A stretch of 63,514 nucleotides of DNA, filler included, from Reclinomonas americana ATCC 50394 (GCA_048213135.1; 5 parts of 5 records of this genome joined end to end with filler, not necessarily neighbours in it), one strand, 5' to 3'. Shown: positions 11,056-25,787, counted from the whole stretch's first letter. Numbers and translations: made by a program. Notes: generated by a model not told the origin, from the sequence alone.

Positions 11056-14000
11056 TTACTTCGGGCCGAAGAGATTGTCGGACGAGAGATCTGCATTCGT
11101 TGTTCCGGCGCGTGAGCGATGGTTGGTGAGCCGATAATGACAGTGACGCAGTCGCGACTCACCTGGGTACGAGGCATTGGGATCGCTCGAGCCGTAGGTC
11201 GACGTGGCGCACGTCGGGCCAGTGAAGCCGTAGTTGCAGGCGCTGCATAAAAAATGGTGTTGTCAGTTGCCAGTCTTGTGATTTATAGAGGCAGCAAGAT
11301 CGTGCACTGACCAAACCGGCACGTACGAGTTGCCAAGAATGCACTTGCCGTGCGAGTTGCAGTCGGCATCGGTCTTGCAGATTGGCGAGTTGGCGCTCGG
11401 AGCATTCTGGCACCGGTCTCCCGAGTAGCCGTTCTTGCATGCGCTGCGTCGCACACACAGTGTGAGTCACCGCGACTTACACTGGAGCGAGAACTCTCTC
11501 TGTGCACTCACCAGGAAATCGTGCCGTACACGTCGGCCACGCAGTCGCCCTGGTTGTTGCAGCCACCAGAGTTGGTGCAGAACGGCGGCGAGTTGGGGGT
11601 GCCAGACGGGCAGGCGTAGTCGGCCTGCAGCACGCGGTACTGGGCGCAGTCCGAAGTGTCAAAGTCGCTGACCTTGGCCCAGCAGCCGGCCTGCTTGTTG
11701 CAGAACGGCAGCAGCTTGGCGGTCACGTCGACCTGCGCTGCGCAGTAGGACGGCGCCGTGTAGATGTAGCCGCAGCCGTCAGCCGTTGTGGCGAGGCGCA
11801 GGTAGATGCGCTTCACCGAGATGTATGAGGCGGCGGGGCACGACACGTCCAGAGTGCTTCCCGGGCAGCCAGTGTGGGTGATGGTCGGGAGCGACGGTGG
11901 GATGTCGCACTTGGGGCCACTGTAGCCGCCAGTGCAGGTGCTGCGGAAAGAGAGGTTGAGAATGGTGGTAACACACAAAAACTATCAAGAACAGAAAAAG
12001 TACAAACCAAGTGGGCAGATAGTTAACCACACTGCAAGTGCCGTACTGGCCGCACAAGTACGAGGCACATGGGTTCGGCGGCACGTCGCACTTGGCGCCG
12101 CTGTAGCCGCTGTTGCACACGCTGCGTAGATGGAAGGGCAAAGTCAATGTCAAAGTCACCGGTTAAACACGCCAAGGGATGCGCCTCACCAAGACGGCTG
12201 GCCGTTCGACGCCACACAGTTGCCGTACGAGCCACACGAGTAGTTGGCGCACGGATCCGTGGGCGACGGAGCAATGTTGCAACGATCGCCAGTCCAGCCA
12301 TTCTTGCAAGCGCTGCACACACACACACACACACACACACACTTACTTTGTCAGACCAATGCATTCTTCACAATACACCTGAGCATGTGTCGGCGGCGCA
12401 CTCACCAAGAAATCGTGCCGTACGCATCGGCCACACAGTCGCCCTGGTTGTTGCACGCACCAGAGTTGGTGCAGAACGGCGGCGGGTTGGGGGTGCCCGA
12501 CGGGCAAGTGTAGTCGGCCTGCAGCACGCGGTACTTGGCGCAATCCGAAGTGTCAAAGTCGCTGACCTTGGCCCAGCAGCCAGCCTGCTTGTTGCAGAAC
12601 GGCGCCAGCTTGGCAGTCACGTCGATCTCGGTGGCGCAGTACGACGGCGCAGTTGGCGGCGGCTGCGGGTTGAAGCATCCGTCGACCAGCACGCTGAGGC
12701 GCAGGTAGATGCGCTTGACAGCAATGTACGAGTTGGCAGGGCACGACACATCGAGTGTGCTAGTCGGGCAGCCAGTGTGGGTAATGGTTGGGAGCGACGG
12801 CGGGATGTCGCACTTGATNNNNNNNNNNNNNNNNNNNNNNNNNNNNNNNNNNNNNNNNNNNNNNNNNNNNNNNNNNNNNNNNNNNNNNNNNNNNNNNNNN
12901 NNNNNNNNNNNNNNNNNNNNNNNNNNNNNNNNNNNNNNNNNNNNNNNNNNNNNNNNNNNNNNNNNNNNNNNNNNNNNNNNNNNNNNNNNNNNNNNNNNNN
13001 NNNNNNNNNNNNNNNNNNNNNNNNNNNNNNNNNNNNNNNNNNNNNNNNNNNNNNNNNNNNNNNNNNNNNNNNNNNNNNNNNNNNNNNNNNNNNNNNNNNN
13101 NNNNNNNNNNNNNNNNNNNNNNNNNNNNNNNNNNNNNNNNNNNNNNNNNNNNNNNNNNNNNNNNNNNNNNNNNNNNNNNNNNNNNNNNNNNNNNNNNNNN
13201 NNNNNNNNNNNNNNNNNNNNNNNNNNNNNNNNNNNNNNNNNNNNNNNNNNNNNNNNNNNNNNNNNNNNNNNNNNNNNNNNNNNNNNNNNNNNNNNNNNNN
13301 NNNNNNNNNNNNNNNNNNNNNNNNNNNNNNNNNNNNNNNNNNNNNNNNNNNNNNNNNNNNNNNNNNNNNNNNNNNNNNNNNNNNNNNNNNNNNNNNNNNN
13401 NNNNNNNNNNNNNNNNNNNNNNNNNNNNNNNNNNNNNNNNNNNNNNNNNNNNNNNNNNNNNNNNNNNNNNNNNNNNNNNNNNNNNNNNNNNNNNNNNNNN
13501 NNNNNNNNNNNNNNNNNNNNNNNNNNNNNNNNNNNNNNNNNNNNNNNNNNNNNNNNNNNNNNNNNNNNNNNNNNNNNNNNNNNNNNNNNNNNNNNNNNNN
13601 NNNNNNNNNNNNNNNNNNNNNNNNNGCCCGAGTAGCCACCAGTGCAGACGCTGTAGAAATGACACGAGTGTGAGAAAGCGGCCATTTCGCAGTCAAAAGG
13701 ATGAACAAGACACGAGAACAAACCAAGTGGGATAGTAGTTAACGACACTGCAAGTGCCGTACTGGCCGCACGAGTACGAGGCGCATGGGTTCGGCGGGAT
13801 GTCACACTTGGCACCAGTGTAGCCGCTGTTGCAAGTGCTGTTTGTCGAGAGAGAGAGAGAGAGGTAAAGGAAAAGTCAGGACTGGGGAAGAAGAACAACA
13901 CGATGCAGTGACAGGGACAGCAACTCACCACACGGGCTGGTAGTTGACAACGCTGCAAGTGCCGTACTGGCCGCACGAGTACGAGGCGCATGGGTTCGGC

Positions 14001-15682
14001 GGGATGTCGCACTTGGNNNNNNNNNNNNNNNNNNNNNNNNNNNNNNNNNNNNNNNNNNNNTTAATTAATTAANNNNNNNNNNNNNNNNNNNNNNNNNNNN
14101 NNNNNNNNNNNNNNNNTAAGAAGAAAGTTAGTTCTTGACTGAGCAAAGTTCGCAACGCAGTGACAGCAACAGAGACTCACCACACGGGCTGGTAGTTGAC
14201 AATGCTGCATGTGCCCCAAGCACCGCAGTAGTTGGTGGGGCATGAGTTGCTCGGCGGGACGTCGCACTTGGCGCCAGTGTAGCCGCCAGTGCATGTGCTG
14301 CGTTTACAAATCTTTGTGAGGAGACGTGGCTCTTGTCACCCACAACAATGACGGTCACAACACACGTACCACGTGGGAGTGTTGTTGACGATGCTGCACG
14401 TGCCGTACTGGCCACATGAGTAGGTCTGGCACGTCGGCTGCAGGCCTGGTCGGCACAAGAAAACGGAATCAGTTAAGTAGCACAAGCGCAAGCCGCAGCG
14501 GTGAAACACAACTGGTAATGAGCGGGGTCAAGTCGTTCAACGGCGCAATTACGTCCTTCAGAAGCAGCGCGTCGGCGCCTGCAGATGAGAAGTCAACAGT
14601 CAGCCACAATATAAACGCCCTCACCTACAAGTCTGCACGCAAACGCACTGTTTGGCGGAGGCACGTCGCACTTGGCACCAGTGTAGCCGTAGAAACACAC
14701 GCTGTGTTGTCGGAGAGCCACAGTAAATAAAACATTGCGCGACAAGAGAAACGCACACAAAGTCGTACCAGGTCGGCGATCCATTGACAACCTTGCACAG
14801 GCCATTGGCCGCGCATTGGTAGTTGGCGCACGTTCCGGTCGGCGGGTTCTGGCATCGGTCTCCCGAGTATCCATTGGCGCAGTTGCTGTGCGACGACGGA
14901 AGAAGAAGAGAAACCAACAATGTGTGTCAGCGAGAGCTTTTCAGATGGCTGGTGGTATGGGTATGTGATCAACGCACCACGACGCTTTGCCGTACGAGTC
15001 AACCACGCAGGCACCCTGATTGTTGCAAGAGCCAGCATTGGTGCAGAAGAGCGGCGGGTTCGGCGAGCCAGTCAGGCACTGGTAGTCGGCCTGCAGCACG
15101 CGGTACTGGGCGCAATCCGACGAGTCGTAGTCGCTGACCTTGGCCCAGCAGCCGGCCTGCTTGTTGCAGAACGGCGCCAGCTTGGAAGTCACGTCGATCA
15201 CAGTGGCACAGTACGACGGCGAGCTGAGGACAGCACCGCAGCCGTCGGTTGTCACCGCCAGGCGCAGAGTGATCTGGCTGATGGAAATGTAGGTGTTGGC
15301 CGGGCACGTCACGTCAAGCGTGTTTGCCAAGCAGCCAGTGTGGGTGATACTGGCAGACGACTCGCCGAAGAGTTGCGCATCGTCATTGTCGAGCAGCCTG
15401 CCAGAGGCTGCGCAAAGAATGTGTGAGTTGCGCGCGCGCGAAATGTGACCGTTGCGCGCGGGAATGCATGAAAAAAGTGCATCTCTTTTTCGCTGTGTGT
15501 GTGTCTCTCTTTCTCTCCACCTCGCCACTCTCGCGCACGCACACATCGACCGTTGATGACGCACACGTCGTCGGTATGTTCGAATCACATGAGAGTGAGA
15601 GAGAGAGAGACTCACCGTGAGCGGAGCACAGCACGACCAGCAGCAACAGCGCCAACGCGGAGATTGCACGCGCGCGCATCAT
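11056..15682 (-). CDS. Secreted mosaic protein with at least 3 SUEL/galactose-rhamnose lectin-like domains and many EGF-like repeats; spans gaps
   Basis: Signal peptide MMRARAISALALLLLVVLCSAHG; three copies of GC..TLDV.CP...I...DVT.KL..FCNKQAGC...YRVLQADY.C; repeated C.C..GY.G..C EGF motifs; last exon DLSSDNLFGPK*. Confidence 0.8.
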
Positions 15683-16253
15683 TGATTGATTGGGGACTGG
15701 GATTGAGGGAGGAGAGAGAGGGGAAGGACGGGGCCACGGAGACGGAGAATGTCAATCCGGGAACGAGTTTCGCTTCTCTCACACACGCGAAAAAATGGAA
15801 AATTGTAACGGGTGGCGACCAGACTTTCCGTTATGAGCGGGGCGGTGCTGGCGGTGCTGCCCACAGTGCTGAACCTATGCGGTTGCTGATGCACTGTGTC
15901 GGCAGATAACGCAACGCGCGCTGTGCCTTGGCAGGGAGAGAATGACGAGAAAGTCGTATTCGCCCGCCACGCGAATTGCCTGTGTTTTGGCGCCACACGC
16001 GCGCCTCGCGATCGAGTCGATGCACCAAGTTCGATCCTGTCGACAACTGCCAACTTCCGCCGTAGTGTGTGTGTGCGTGTGTGTCATCACAGTTTCCTGC
16101 CAAACCGGAGCGGTGGGCGACGACCACATGAGCGTTGTTTACGCGCCAATACGTTACAAGGACTGACTGCGAAAAGCGCCTTCGCAGCACGATTTCCGTA
16201 AACATGCCGTTACCTGTGCAGGAGTACTGGCTGTTTGTGCCGATCGCTTACGA

Positions 16254-19200
16254 TCAGTGGAGGAGCCCTTCGTCTGCGGGGACGCAGCCCAGCATGCTGC
16301 AGAACGCCAGTGGCGTTACGCACCCGGCGACGATGGCGCAGACGGTGGCGACTGGGCGCGTTCCGGGCTGCGCATCTTGCTGCTCGTGAGACACAATTGC
16401 ACTAGTTCCAGCCCGGCTCTTTGCACGCTCTGCACAGATTGAAGGAAGTTCAATCGTATGCTGCCACAAAGTCGCAAAAACAGTAAACGACACAGGTAGT
16501 CACCTCATCGTCTTTCCACACGTGTTCAAGGTTGCCGCTGAGCAGCTCGACGCCCTCGTTGGACATGAACAGTGCCATGTTTGCCATGTCTTCCCCACAA
16601 AACGAAGCCGGTGAGGCACGGCGGAGAACAGTCGGGTCAACACATTCTCTCACCCACCATATTTGATGGCGCACTCAATGGTGCGCAACACTGCTCGTGT
16701 AAACGACGGCAAACCAGCGAAACGTCGTGTTAGGTCAAGCAACGCCACTGCATTCGGCGAGACACTGGTTCAGTCACTGGTATGAGTGCAAGAGAAAAAT
16801 GTACCATTGCGATTGCAGACCGACACCGCCGAGCTCGCCAAACTGCGCGCTACTCTCGGGAACTGTGTGCATGGGGGTGGTGGTGGTAAGACACACCACG
16901 GTCCGTGGATGGCAATCAAGCAGCTGAGGAGCTCACCAAACTCAATGGCGTGCGCAATCAACTCGACCAGCGCCAACGCAGCGCTTTCGTTCTCGGCATG
17001 CAGTCGCAGACCTTCGACAGCAAACTTTACACCCCCCAGGTACTGGAACGCCTGCGGCCAGAGAGACGAGAAACAAGCTTTGGTATGAGAACACACACGC
17101 GCATTTGTCGCACAGTCTTGTGTGCGCACCACACGATTTTCCGCATCTGCACCGCATCGACAGTGAGAAGAAGTGGAGCAGGAAAAAACAACATCACACG
17201 TTCGCACCGAGCAGGAGAGCCTCACACAGTGCCCTTGCCATGGCCTCGGTCACGGCAGCGTTGCGAAGTTTGGCCTCCATACCCTTGACAACCTCGTCCA
17301 CACACTCACTGGCGCCAATCGCACGCATGTTTAGCGGTGCTGTGTCACGAACAAGCGAGCAGTGAGGCCACCTGGAGCAGTTTCGAACACATTGACAGCA
17401 TCGACAGCTCACCATCTTGCAGCGACACATGCAGCATGCGGTAGAGCTCTACCAGCATGTCGTCCGCATCTCCACGAGCGTGCCGACGGAGTACCTTGGT
17501 CACGGCGACATACCCATCGGCCAGGTAGAGCTCACGTTGAGCACGTGCATCTGCGCCAGCAGCGTGAGAGACGCAAAAAACCACGTAGGCGTGAACGACG
17601 CGAGCCTCACCATCGCGTTGCAGCGCCTGCATGGCTCGAAAGGCCTGCAGCAGCACCGATGTCGATTGCACATGTTCCTCCAAGACTTTGAGCACGGCAC
17701 GCACAGCGCCGTGTCGCACCAGATTGATTCGATTCTCTGGCACTGCAGCGACNNNNNNNNNNNNNNNNNNNNNNNNNNNNNNNNNNNNNNNNNNNNNNNN
17801 NNNNNNNNNNNNNNNNNNNNNNNNNNNNNNNNNNNNNNNNNNNNNNNNNNNNNNNNNNNNNNNNNNNNNNNNNNNNNNNNNNNNNNNNNNNNNNNNNNNN
17901 NNNNNNNNNNNNNNNNNNNNNNNNNNNNNNNNNNNNNNNNNNNNNNNNNNNNNNNNNNNNNNNNNNNNNNNNNNNNNNNNNNNNNNNNNNNNNNNNNNNN
18001 NNNNNNNNNNNNNNNNNNNNNNNNNNNNNNNNNNNNNNNNNNNNNNNNNNNNNNNNNNNNNNNNNNNNNNNNNNNNNNNNNNNNNNNNNNNNNNNNNNNN
18101 NNNNNNNNNNNNNNNNNNNNNNNNNNNNNNNNNNNNNNNNNNNNNNNNNNNNNNNNNNNNNNNNNNNNNNNNNNNNNNNNNNNNNNNNNNNNNNNNNNNN
18201 NNNNNNNNNNNNNNNNNNNNNNNNNNNNNNNNNNNNNNNNNNNNNNNNNNNNNNNNNNNNNNNNNNNNNNNNNNNNNNNNNNNNNNNNNNNNNNNNNNNN
18301 NNNNNNNNNNNNNNNNNNNNNNNNNNNNNNNNNNNNNNNNNNNNNNNNNNNNNNNNNNNNNNNNNNNNNNNNNNNNNNNNNNNNNNNNNNNNNNNNNNNN
18401 NNNNNNNNNNNNNNNNNNNNNNNNNNNNNNNNNNNNNNNNNNNNNNNNNNNNNNNNNNNNNNNGGGAGTGCATGCGTGCGCACCAAACATGGCCTGCCAG
18501 AGGACGGCGCACGCCGGTATCACCATCGTCGCATTGTCAAGGTACAATTGCAGAGCCATGCACACAGTTCGTATGCCAAACGCTTCGCCAAACTGCGCAC
18601 GGCGAGTGGGCGCTGCGCATGCAGTATTCAGGGCAGATGCACGAGGGAGCCGTGCGCCACCATCCATCCCTTCGCAACTCGTCAGCACACTCTGCAGCGC
18701 GCCGCAGGCAGCCTCGGCGACCCTCTCCTTGTTCATGTGCTGCTCCAACAGCTGCACCATCAGCTCCACGCCACCCTTGTCGTCAAAGGCTGCAGCCGCC
18801 GATGCTGCGCGGACCTTTTGTGTCAGTGTCACTGATGGCAAAACAGCACGTTGTTCTCGCAACGCAACCACACAGCGCGGCGGCCGAGAATGCCCGCGCC
18901 GTCCACTCCACCACGAATGGATTCGCCGCATGTTGGCGCACGATGGTGAGCGCCAGCTCGATACCGCCGCTCTCCTGGAACTCTTGTGCATTGACCGCTG
19001 TGTGCATGGGAGTCGGACTCATAATTCTCCTCTCACACCGCAGCGGCGCATCACGCAACGACATCGAGTGCACGCGGCATGCAAACAAAACATCGCCGGC
19101 TTGATCACACTCGCGTCGGCCTTGTGCTTGTCCAGGCTCTCCACAAGCACACGAAGCAGGTACATTTCACGAAACACATCACGACCAGCAGCATCTGCTC

Positions 19201-19576
19201 ACGCACCGAGTGAGACACGGACCCGCACGGCACGCCAAGAAAACAACAACATCGCTTACCTTGCTGCATGGCATAACCGAGCACACTCCAGATCCACTTC
19301 ATCACCGGCGCCACCTCCACGTGCGTCTCGCACAACTCAACACACGCCGCATAGCCGTCGCACTCGGCAAACCGGCGCGCATTCGCGACACCTACACAGC
19401 ACAGACTTCAGCGCACACACACATACAAGCACACTCACATNNNNNNNNNNNNNNNNNNNNGTCACTCCCATCATCATCATCGTCGTTGGTGAGCTGCGCC
19501 AGCATGCGCACAGTGCTTCTCACGTGCGCCACATCGAACTCTGCGGACGCTCAGAGATGAGAGAGTGAAGAAGAGA

Positions 19577-19607
<31 letters not shown>

Positions 19608-19679
19608 TGTGTGACCTGGATCAGTGGCGGCGCGTGGACTGATCACTGTGGATAGTGTCGGCGATGACGCGCGTTGCAT
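16254..19679 (-). CDS. Armadillo-repeat protein (multi-exon, spans a gap; 3' end uncertain, may extend to ~15831)
   Basis: Repeated ARM-like helices: GGIELALTIVRQH, GGVELMVQLLEQH..VAEAACGAL, GAVRAVLKVLEEH, GGVKFAVEGLRLH, EGVELLSGNLEH; likely start MQRASSP at 19679. Confidence 0.7.
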
Positions 19680-19775
19680 GATTGACGTTTGTTGCGCAAG
19701 GGTCACCGCGAAATTCCACACAGCTTCAGACACTTGCATATCATCGTGACGCACAGTGCCCTCACGCACTCTGCA

Positions 19776-22700
19776 ATGAGGACACCGCGCGGTGCATGTT
19801 GACTGTCTCTCTCTTGCTCTCTCTTTCACATGTCTGACTCTCTCTCTTTCACACAGTGCGGCCTCTCGCTGCGGTGCTGCTGTTGTTGTTGCTGTGTGCA
19901 CTGTGTGTGAGTGGCGCGTCCACTGTGACCACTGTGGTGACGAGCAATAGCGTGGCTGATGGGTCACCCGCGGCACCGCTCAACTTGCGCGCGACTCTGG
20001 CCATTGGTGCCTCGCAGTTCCTCTCAGTCGAGTCCGACAATCAGATTGCTCTCGTGTGGGACCCGTTGCGTCGCTCTCTCTCTCTGCCCACGCACACACA
20101 CACTCTCTCACTTACACGCACTGTGGAGCAGTCCGCTAAACTCGGGCAACGCGGCCATCACCGACTATGGCGTGCAGATTACGGAGAATGGCGTGCTGCG
20201 CAAGACCGACACCCTGCTGGGCAGCAGCAGCACGACGGCCATTACACTGACGGCCTTTAGCAACTCGCTGGTGCAGGGTGTCACGTACAGATTTGCTGTG
20301 TATGCCGTCAACTTGTACGGTCGAGGCCCGCTGTCGCCGTTTGTCGAGGTCCAGAATCCCACTGCTGGTGAGTCGCTCTTCTCATTGTCTCTCTCTCTTT
20401 CTTTCCTCCTTTCGCGTTGCTCACCTCGCCGTGCAGCCACACCCGGTGCACCGTCGGCCTTGCAAGTCAAGTACATTCTGGCGCGCAGTGTGGTTCTCAC
20501 GTGGACCGCCCCGCAATTGTTTGGTGCGGCGGCGACCGCGGGCAACAATCTGCTGGTGTCGCCGTTCTACGTCATGCAGCAGCGCTCCACCAGGGACAAC
20601 GCGTGGTCGTCGAGCACGCTGTCGTCGGATAACTTTACCGGCGGTGCGGGCGACATGCAGGCCACAGTGGCCAATCTGACGCCATCGACGCGCTACGAGT
20701 TCCGCGTGCGTGCACGCAACTCGTGGGGATATGGCACGTGGAGCTTCTCGCTTCAGGTGACCACAGCCAGCTCGGGTGCGTCGCGTTGGTGCCGAGAGAG
20801 GAGAGCGCAGCACCTGTGAGTGCGTTTGTCTAATTCTTGTACTTTTACTTCTTCTTCTGCCAGGCATGACACCCGATCCGCCGTCGCTTGCGTCGGTGGT
20901 GTTCTCTGACATCACGTCAACGTCGGTGCGCTTGACGTGGTCGGCTCCCATTCGTATCGGTCGGCCGCTGATTGGCCCGTACTACGGAGTGGAGATGGCG
21001 TCGACGCAAATCGGCCAGTTCCGCGGCATTGGTACCGCCACGTCCTTGTACACCGACCCGGTCACGGGTCTCGTCACGGGCGGCACCGTGGTGGCCTCGA
21101 ACTTGGATCCCGACGTCTCCTACTTGTTTCGCATCTGTGCAGTCAACGAGGTCGGCGCCGGTCCGTGGACGACATCGCCAGTGTTGTATCCGTCGACCGC
21201 CACCGCGGCAACCACCACAGCCTCGCAAGGTGAGTCTCGGTGTATGCCACCCGCCCTCCTCCTTCTCCCTCTCCCCTTTTTAATAGTGTCTCGCTCTCTT
21301 GCGTTGCAGCGCCTGGGCCGGTGCCTGTGTGCGCCATGGAGGATGTGCGCACGTGGACGGGCGGACTGACGTCGTCCATGGTGCTGCGAATCACGCGGCC
21401 CACGATTCTCGGTGCCCAGCTGTCCACCTCCGAGCCCTACAAGATCGACTTGTCGTCGTGCACTGTCTTGGGAGGCACAGCACCGACCATCTCGTTTGCT
21501 TCCGACGCCAGCACCGCCAGTGTGACTCAGGTCACCATCACCAACATTGTCACTGGCCTCAATGCACCGTCCTCGTGCAGACCGACGGTGCGCGCCCAGG
21601 TGTCGTCGACACGCTTGTCGGCCACCAGCGTCACCTGCGGCGCAGTGGCCGTGGACTTTTCCGTGGCCCAGGTGCGTACTCTGTATCTTTTCCAGTCGTA
21701 GCAGAGAAGTACACGTAACCACGGAAACCTGCACGGCAGACTCGCCCGTCGGCTTCCACAGTAGCGCCCGTGATTGTCTCGCAAGGTGTCGGCTTTGTGA
21801 CGTTGTTCGTGACACGGCCTGTGCTGTGCGGTATCAACGGCATCAAGTCGTACGCTTACCTGTACGGCACGTCGGTGCCCGTGGCGCCCACCATCGAGTT
21901 CCTGCTGCAAGATGGCACGTTTACCACCACCGAGCCCGCCTTCCTGACCACGCAGACATTTACCGTGCGCATCAAGTCCACGACATTTGTCGCCGGCAGC
22001 TCCGCAGTGGTGCAAGTGAGTCTCTCTCTCTCTCTCTGTCTGCTCTCCCGATTTCTCACTCAATTGTCGTCGCCGTAGGTCACCCCACAAGACACCGCCG
22101 GCACATCGGCGGCGACGGGTGCCAGCACTGCGCCGACCAATATCCCGCTCACCACCTTGCAGCCGCCAGCATTGGTGCTGGCGTCGCCGTCGGTATATGA
22201 CGTGACAGACAGCGGCTTCACTGTGATGTGGAAGTTGCCGACGTCCACCGGCGGGGGCAAGCCTGTGGCGCCCTACTACATGGTCCGTCGCCGCTCTCTT
22301 CTTTCGCGCCTCTCCGCGCTCGTCTCTCACATGCTTTGCCGTGCGCTGTCGCGCAGGTTTTGTATCGAGAATCAGGAAGCACGGATCCGCCCACGACCGC
22401 CAGTGGTAGTCTCATTCAGCCATTTGGCGCCCAGCCTCGATTCGCACTCGTTGGTCTCCTCAGTGACACACTGTACGACGTGACGGTGACCCGCTGTGCT
22501 CTGCGCGGTTCCTTTATCGCCGCCTTGCGCTCACGCGTACTCTCGACTCGCAGATTTACCAGGTGGTCGACGGCGGCAGCAACACAAACGGCCAGTCCAC
22601 CGGAATCAGCTCGATTCACACAGCCGTCGGTATGTGTGTTGTGTTGTGGAGCGTACCACGCCAGCATCTGACATTGGGTGGTGGTGGTTTGCGTTTTTTT

Positions 22701-25700
22701 TGTTGTAGCTCGTTCATCGCCGCCAAAGATCTCTTTCCGCTTCATCACCGACGTGTCGGTGACCGTGTTTATTCAGGACCCGGTAGTGATTGGGTCGGCG
22801 TTCACCAGTACACGATACTCGATTTCGATCAGTCGAGCCGGCGAGCGGTACATGGACGACTGCGCAGTCACGAGCACCGCGACTGTGCCGGGCGGGTACG
22901 CCATTGGCGTGTCGGGGTGTCGATTCGCTGCGAACTCGTCGTTTTCTGTGGTCGTTGCGTTGTCTTTCTTTTTGTGGCCCTCCCAAATCAGTCGTCAGTG
23001 GGTCCAACTGTATTGCGTGCCAGGCGCGCGCGCAAACTCTGGGTGCTGGCTCCGGTGTCGATGCCAACGTCGGCTCGTTCTCGACCACACCTGCCGGTGG
23101 CGTGCCCTCTGCCGCCGCATCCATTACCAGCAGTCGACGCATCGCGTCCAACTCGATCGAGCTCACGTGGACTGCTCCGCTGCTGGTCGGTCAAGGAGGC
23201 CTCACCTCGCCGTTCTACGAGGTGCGATTCCAGAACCAGAACACGGCAGGCACTCGCGAGATTGCGGCGAGCATTACCGTTGTCGGCACTATCGATGCCA
23301 CCACGTACGAGAACACGGCAGTGATCACGCTGCCGAGCGCAAACACCGCGTACAGCATTCGAGTGCGTTGCTTTGGCCTTTTTTTTGGACTTTGAATCTC
23401 TTGTTTGTCCACGACTCGCTCAGTGATCTCGTTCGCCAGGTGTACTCGAGGAACGCACAACCGACGAACTTTGGGCCTGGCAGTGTGCCCCTCGTGATTG
23501 CGACAGTTCCTGCAGGTTTGCGTCGTGTGTATTTCGTGACCGCCGTCCGCCTGCTTCTCGCTCACCCCCACGGCACAGTCTCCCTGGCTGGTTTTCCGAC
23601 CGCGCTGAACGTGCAGCAGCTCACCACCAAGAGTCTCCTGTTCTTGTGGACGGAGCCGGTGACACTTGGCACACCGACGGTCAGCAGCTACACGGCGTGG
23701 TATCGGCTTGTGACCAGCGGCGCAGAATCAGTGGAGGTCAGTATTGCTCCGACTGTCACCGCGACCGGCGGCCAGGTGCTCGTCAGCAATCTGGCTCCCG
23801 GCACCGCCTACGAACTGGCGGTGTCTGCGATCACGGCATTCGGTGTGGGCTCGCGGCAGACCATGATTGTCACCACGCCGACGGACGGTTCGTTGTGACG
23901 GTGCCATTGCAGTGCATACCTGTCCATGCTCATTTGTACTGGCCCACAGCCTCGCTGCCGAATGCGCCCACGGACCTCGTCGCTTCTCGCGTGTCGTTCT
24001 CCACGTTCTCCGTTCTATTCAATCGGCCAGTGGTCATGGGCGGCGGCACCATCTCGTCCTACTCGTTCTGGTACCGCACCGGCACCGCCAATTTCGCCGA
24101 GTTCACTCGCCAGTCGGTGGTCTCACTGTCCACCACTGACGCGACCACGGGCCTGACAAACGACCTGCCCATGCGCATGGACGTGACAAATATGGTCGGT
24201 GGTCGCACTGTCGATGTCAAGGTGACTGAACTTTGCGTGCACCAATCGTGAGTCCTCGCCGGCTCATTCTCCTTCGTACAAGATTCGCGCCGTCAACGAG
24301 TTTGGGTTCGGCTCATTCAGCTCGTCCATCAGCATCACGTTGCCGTCGCCGAGTTTCGTTGGCACCACTTTGCGCGTGCGTGTGTGATCTTCTTGCAATG
24401 TCGCTCATTTTCCTTACTCTCTCTCTCTCATTCACAGGCGCCGTCCCCGATTCTCCATTCGGTGTGACCATTTACAATGTGCAACCGACGACATTCACCG
24501 TGTCGTGGAAGGAGCCGGTGACGTACGGTGGCACCGCACTGCTCAGCCCCGGCTTCGTTGTCGAAACATCAATGGGAGGATCGTCGTTCCAGGCGCCGGT
24601 GGGCGGATTCCTGTCGCCCACTACGTACACGGTGACGGCACTGCAGAGCAACACGCTGTATGTTATCCGGGTGTTTGCCATCAACTCCATCGGGCAGAGC
24701 ATTCCCACCAGCATCACCACGGTGACAACGGCCAGCAGCGGCAGTGCTCCGTCGGCGCCACCAACGCCAACCGTGGTCCGTGTGTCGGATGTGTGGGTGG
24801 CACTCTCGTGGACGGATCCACAACTGGTTGGCGACGCCACGTTCATCACAGAGTGGCGCATTGTTATCTCTTCAAACGGCTGTGACTCGATCACCGTCTT
24901 CACTGGCGCAACGAATCGCTCCGGCACTGTTTCGGGCCTCGTGCCGAACACTCGGTACTCGGTGTCGCTGATTGCGGCCAACCTGGTCAACAATCGCTTG
25001 CAGTCGAGCCCGCAGTCGCTCGCCACAACATTCACAACCAATTCAGTGGCCGGTGAGTGTGCGCCACGTACACACGCCGCGTGTTCCAACTTGTCCACTC
25101 ACATGCTGTTGTTGCTGCAGGTCCGTATCCGGCACCCGTGGTAGTCAGCGCGGCGACCACTAGCGGAACCGCAGTGTTCAACATCCAGTCCTCGTCCACG
25201 GCGTCGCCGGGCTCTCAGTATCCACTTGACACGGGTTTCTACGCGTACGAGGTGGTGCGCGGTCGGCTTGTGAACGAGACCATTTGGGAGACGCTGGAGG
25301 TGTCGTCGACGCCGGCCACCAAGTTTGAGTCGGTGAGCACGGTGACGTTTAGCAACTTGTTCAGCAACACCAAGTACCAGTTCAAGGTGCAAGCCACCAA
25401 CGGGTACTCCACGGGTTGGGATGGCACGGTGATTACGTTGACGACCACGTCGCCGATTGTTGGTGAGAGCTGTTGTCCCTGCCGCTATGTGTGTGTGTNN
25501 NNNNNNNNNNNNNNNNNNNNNNNNNNNNNNNNNNNNNNNNNNNNNNNNNNNNNNNNNNNNNNNNNNNNNNNNNNNNNNNNNNNNNNNNNNNNNNNNNNNN
25601 NNNNNNNNNNNNNNNNNNNNNNNNNNNNNNNNNNNNNNNNNNNNNNNNNNNNNNNNNNNNNNNNNNNNNNNNNNNNNNNNNNNNNNNNNNNNNNNNNNNN

Positions 25701-25787
25701 NNNNNNNNNNNNNNNNNNNNNNNNNNNNNNNNNNNNNNNNNNNNNNNNNNNNNCGTCGTGTGTGTGTGTGTGTCGTCGTCGTCGTCG

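Noticed and set aside
14017..14116. TTAATTAATTAA centred in a 100-nt N block, repeated at 45468-45567, 58376-58475 and 60558-60657
   Set aside because: Artificial six-frame-stop spacer marking gaps or joins of unknown size; not biological. Adjacency across these spacers is less certain.
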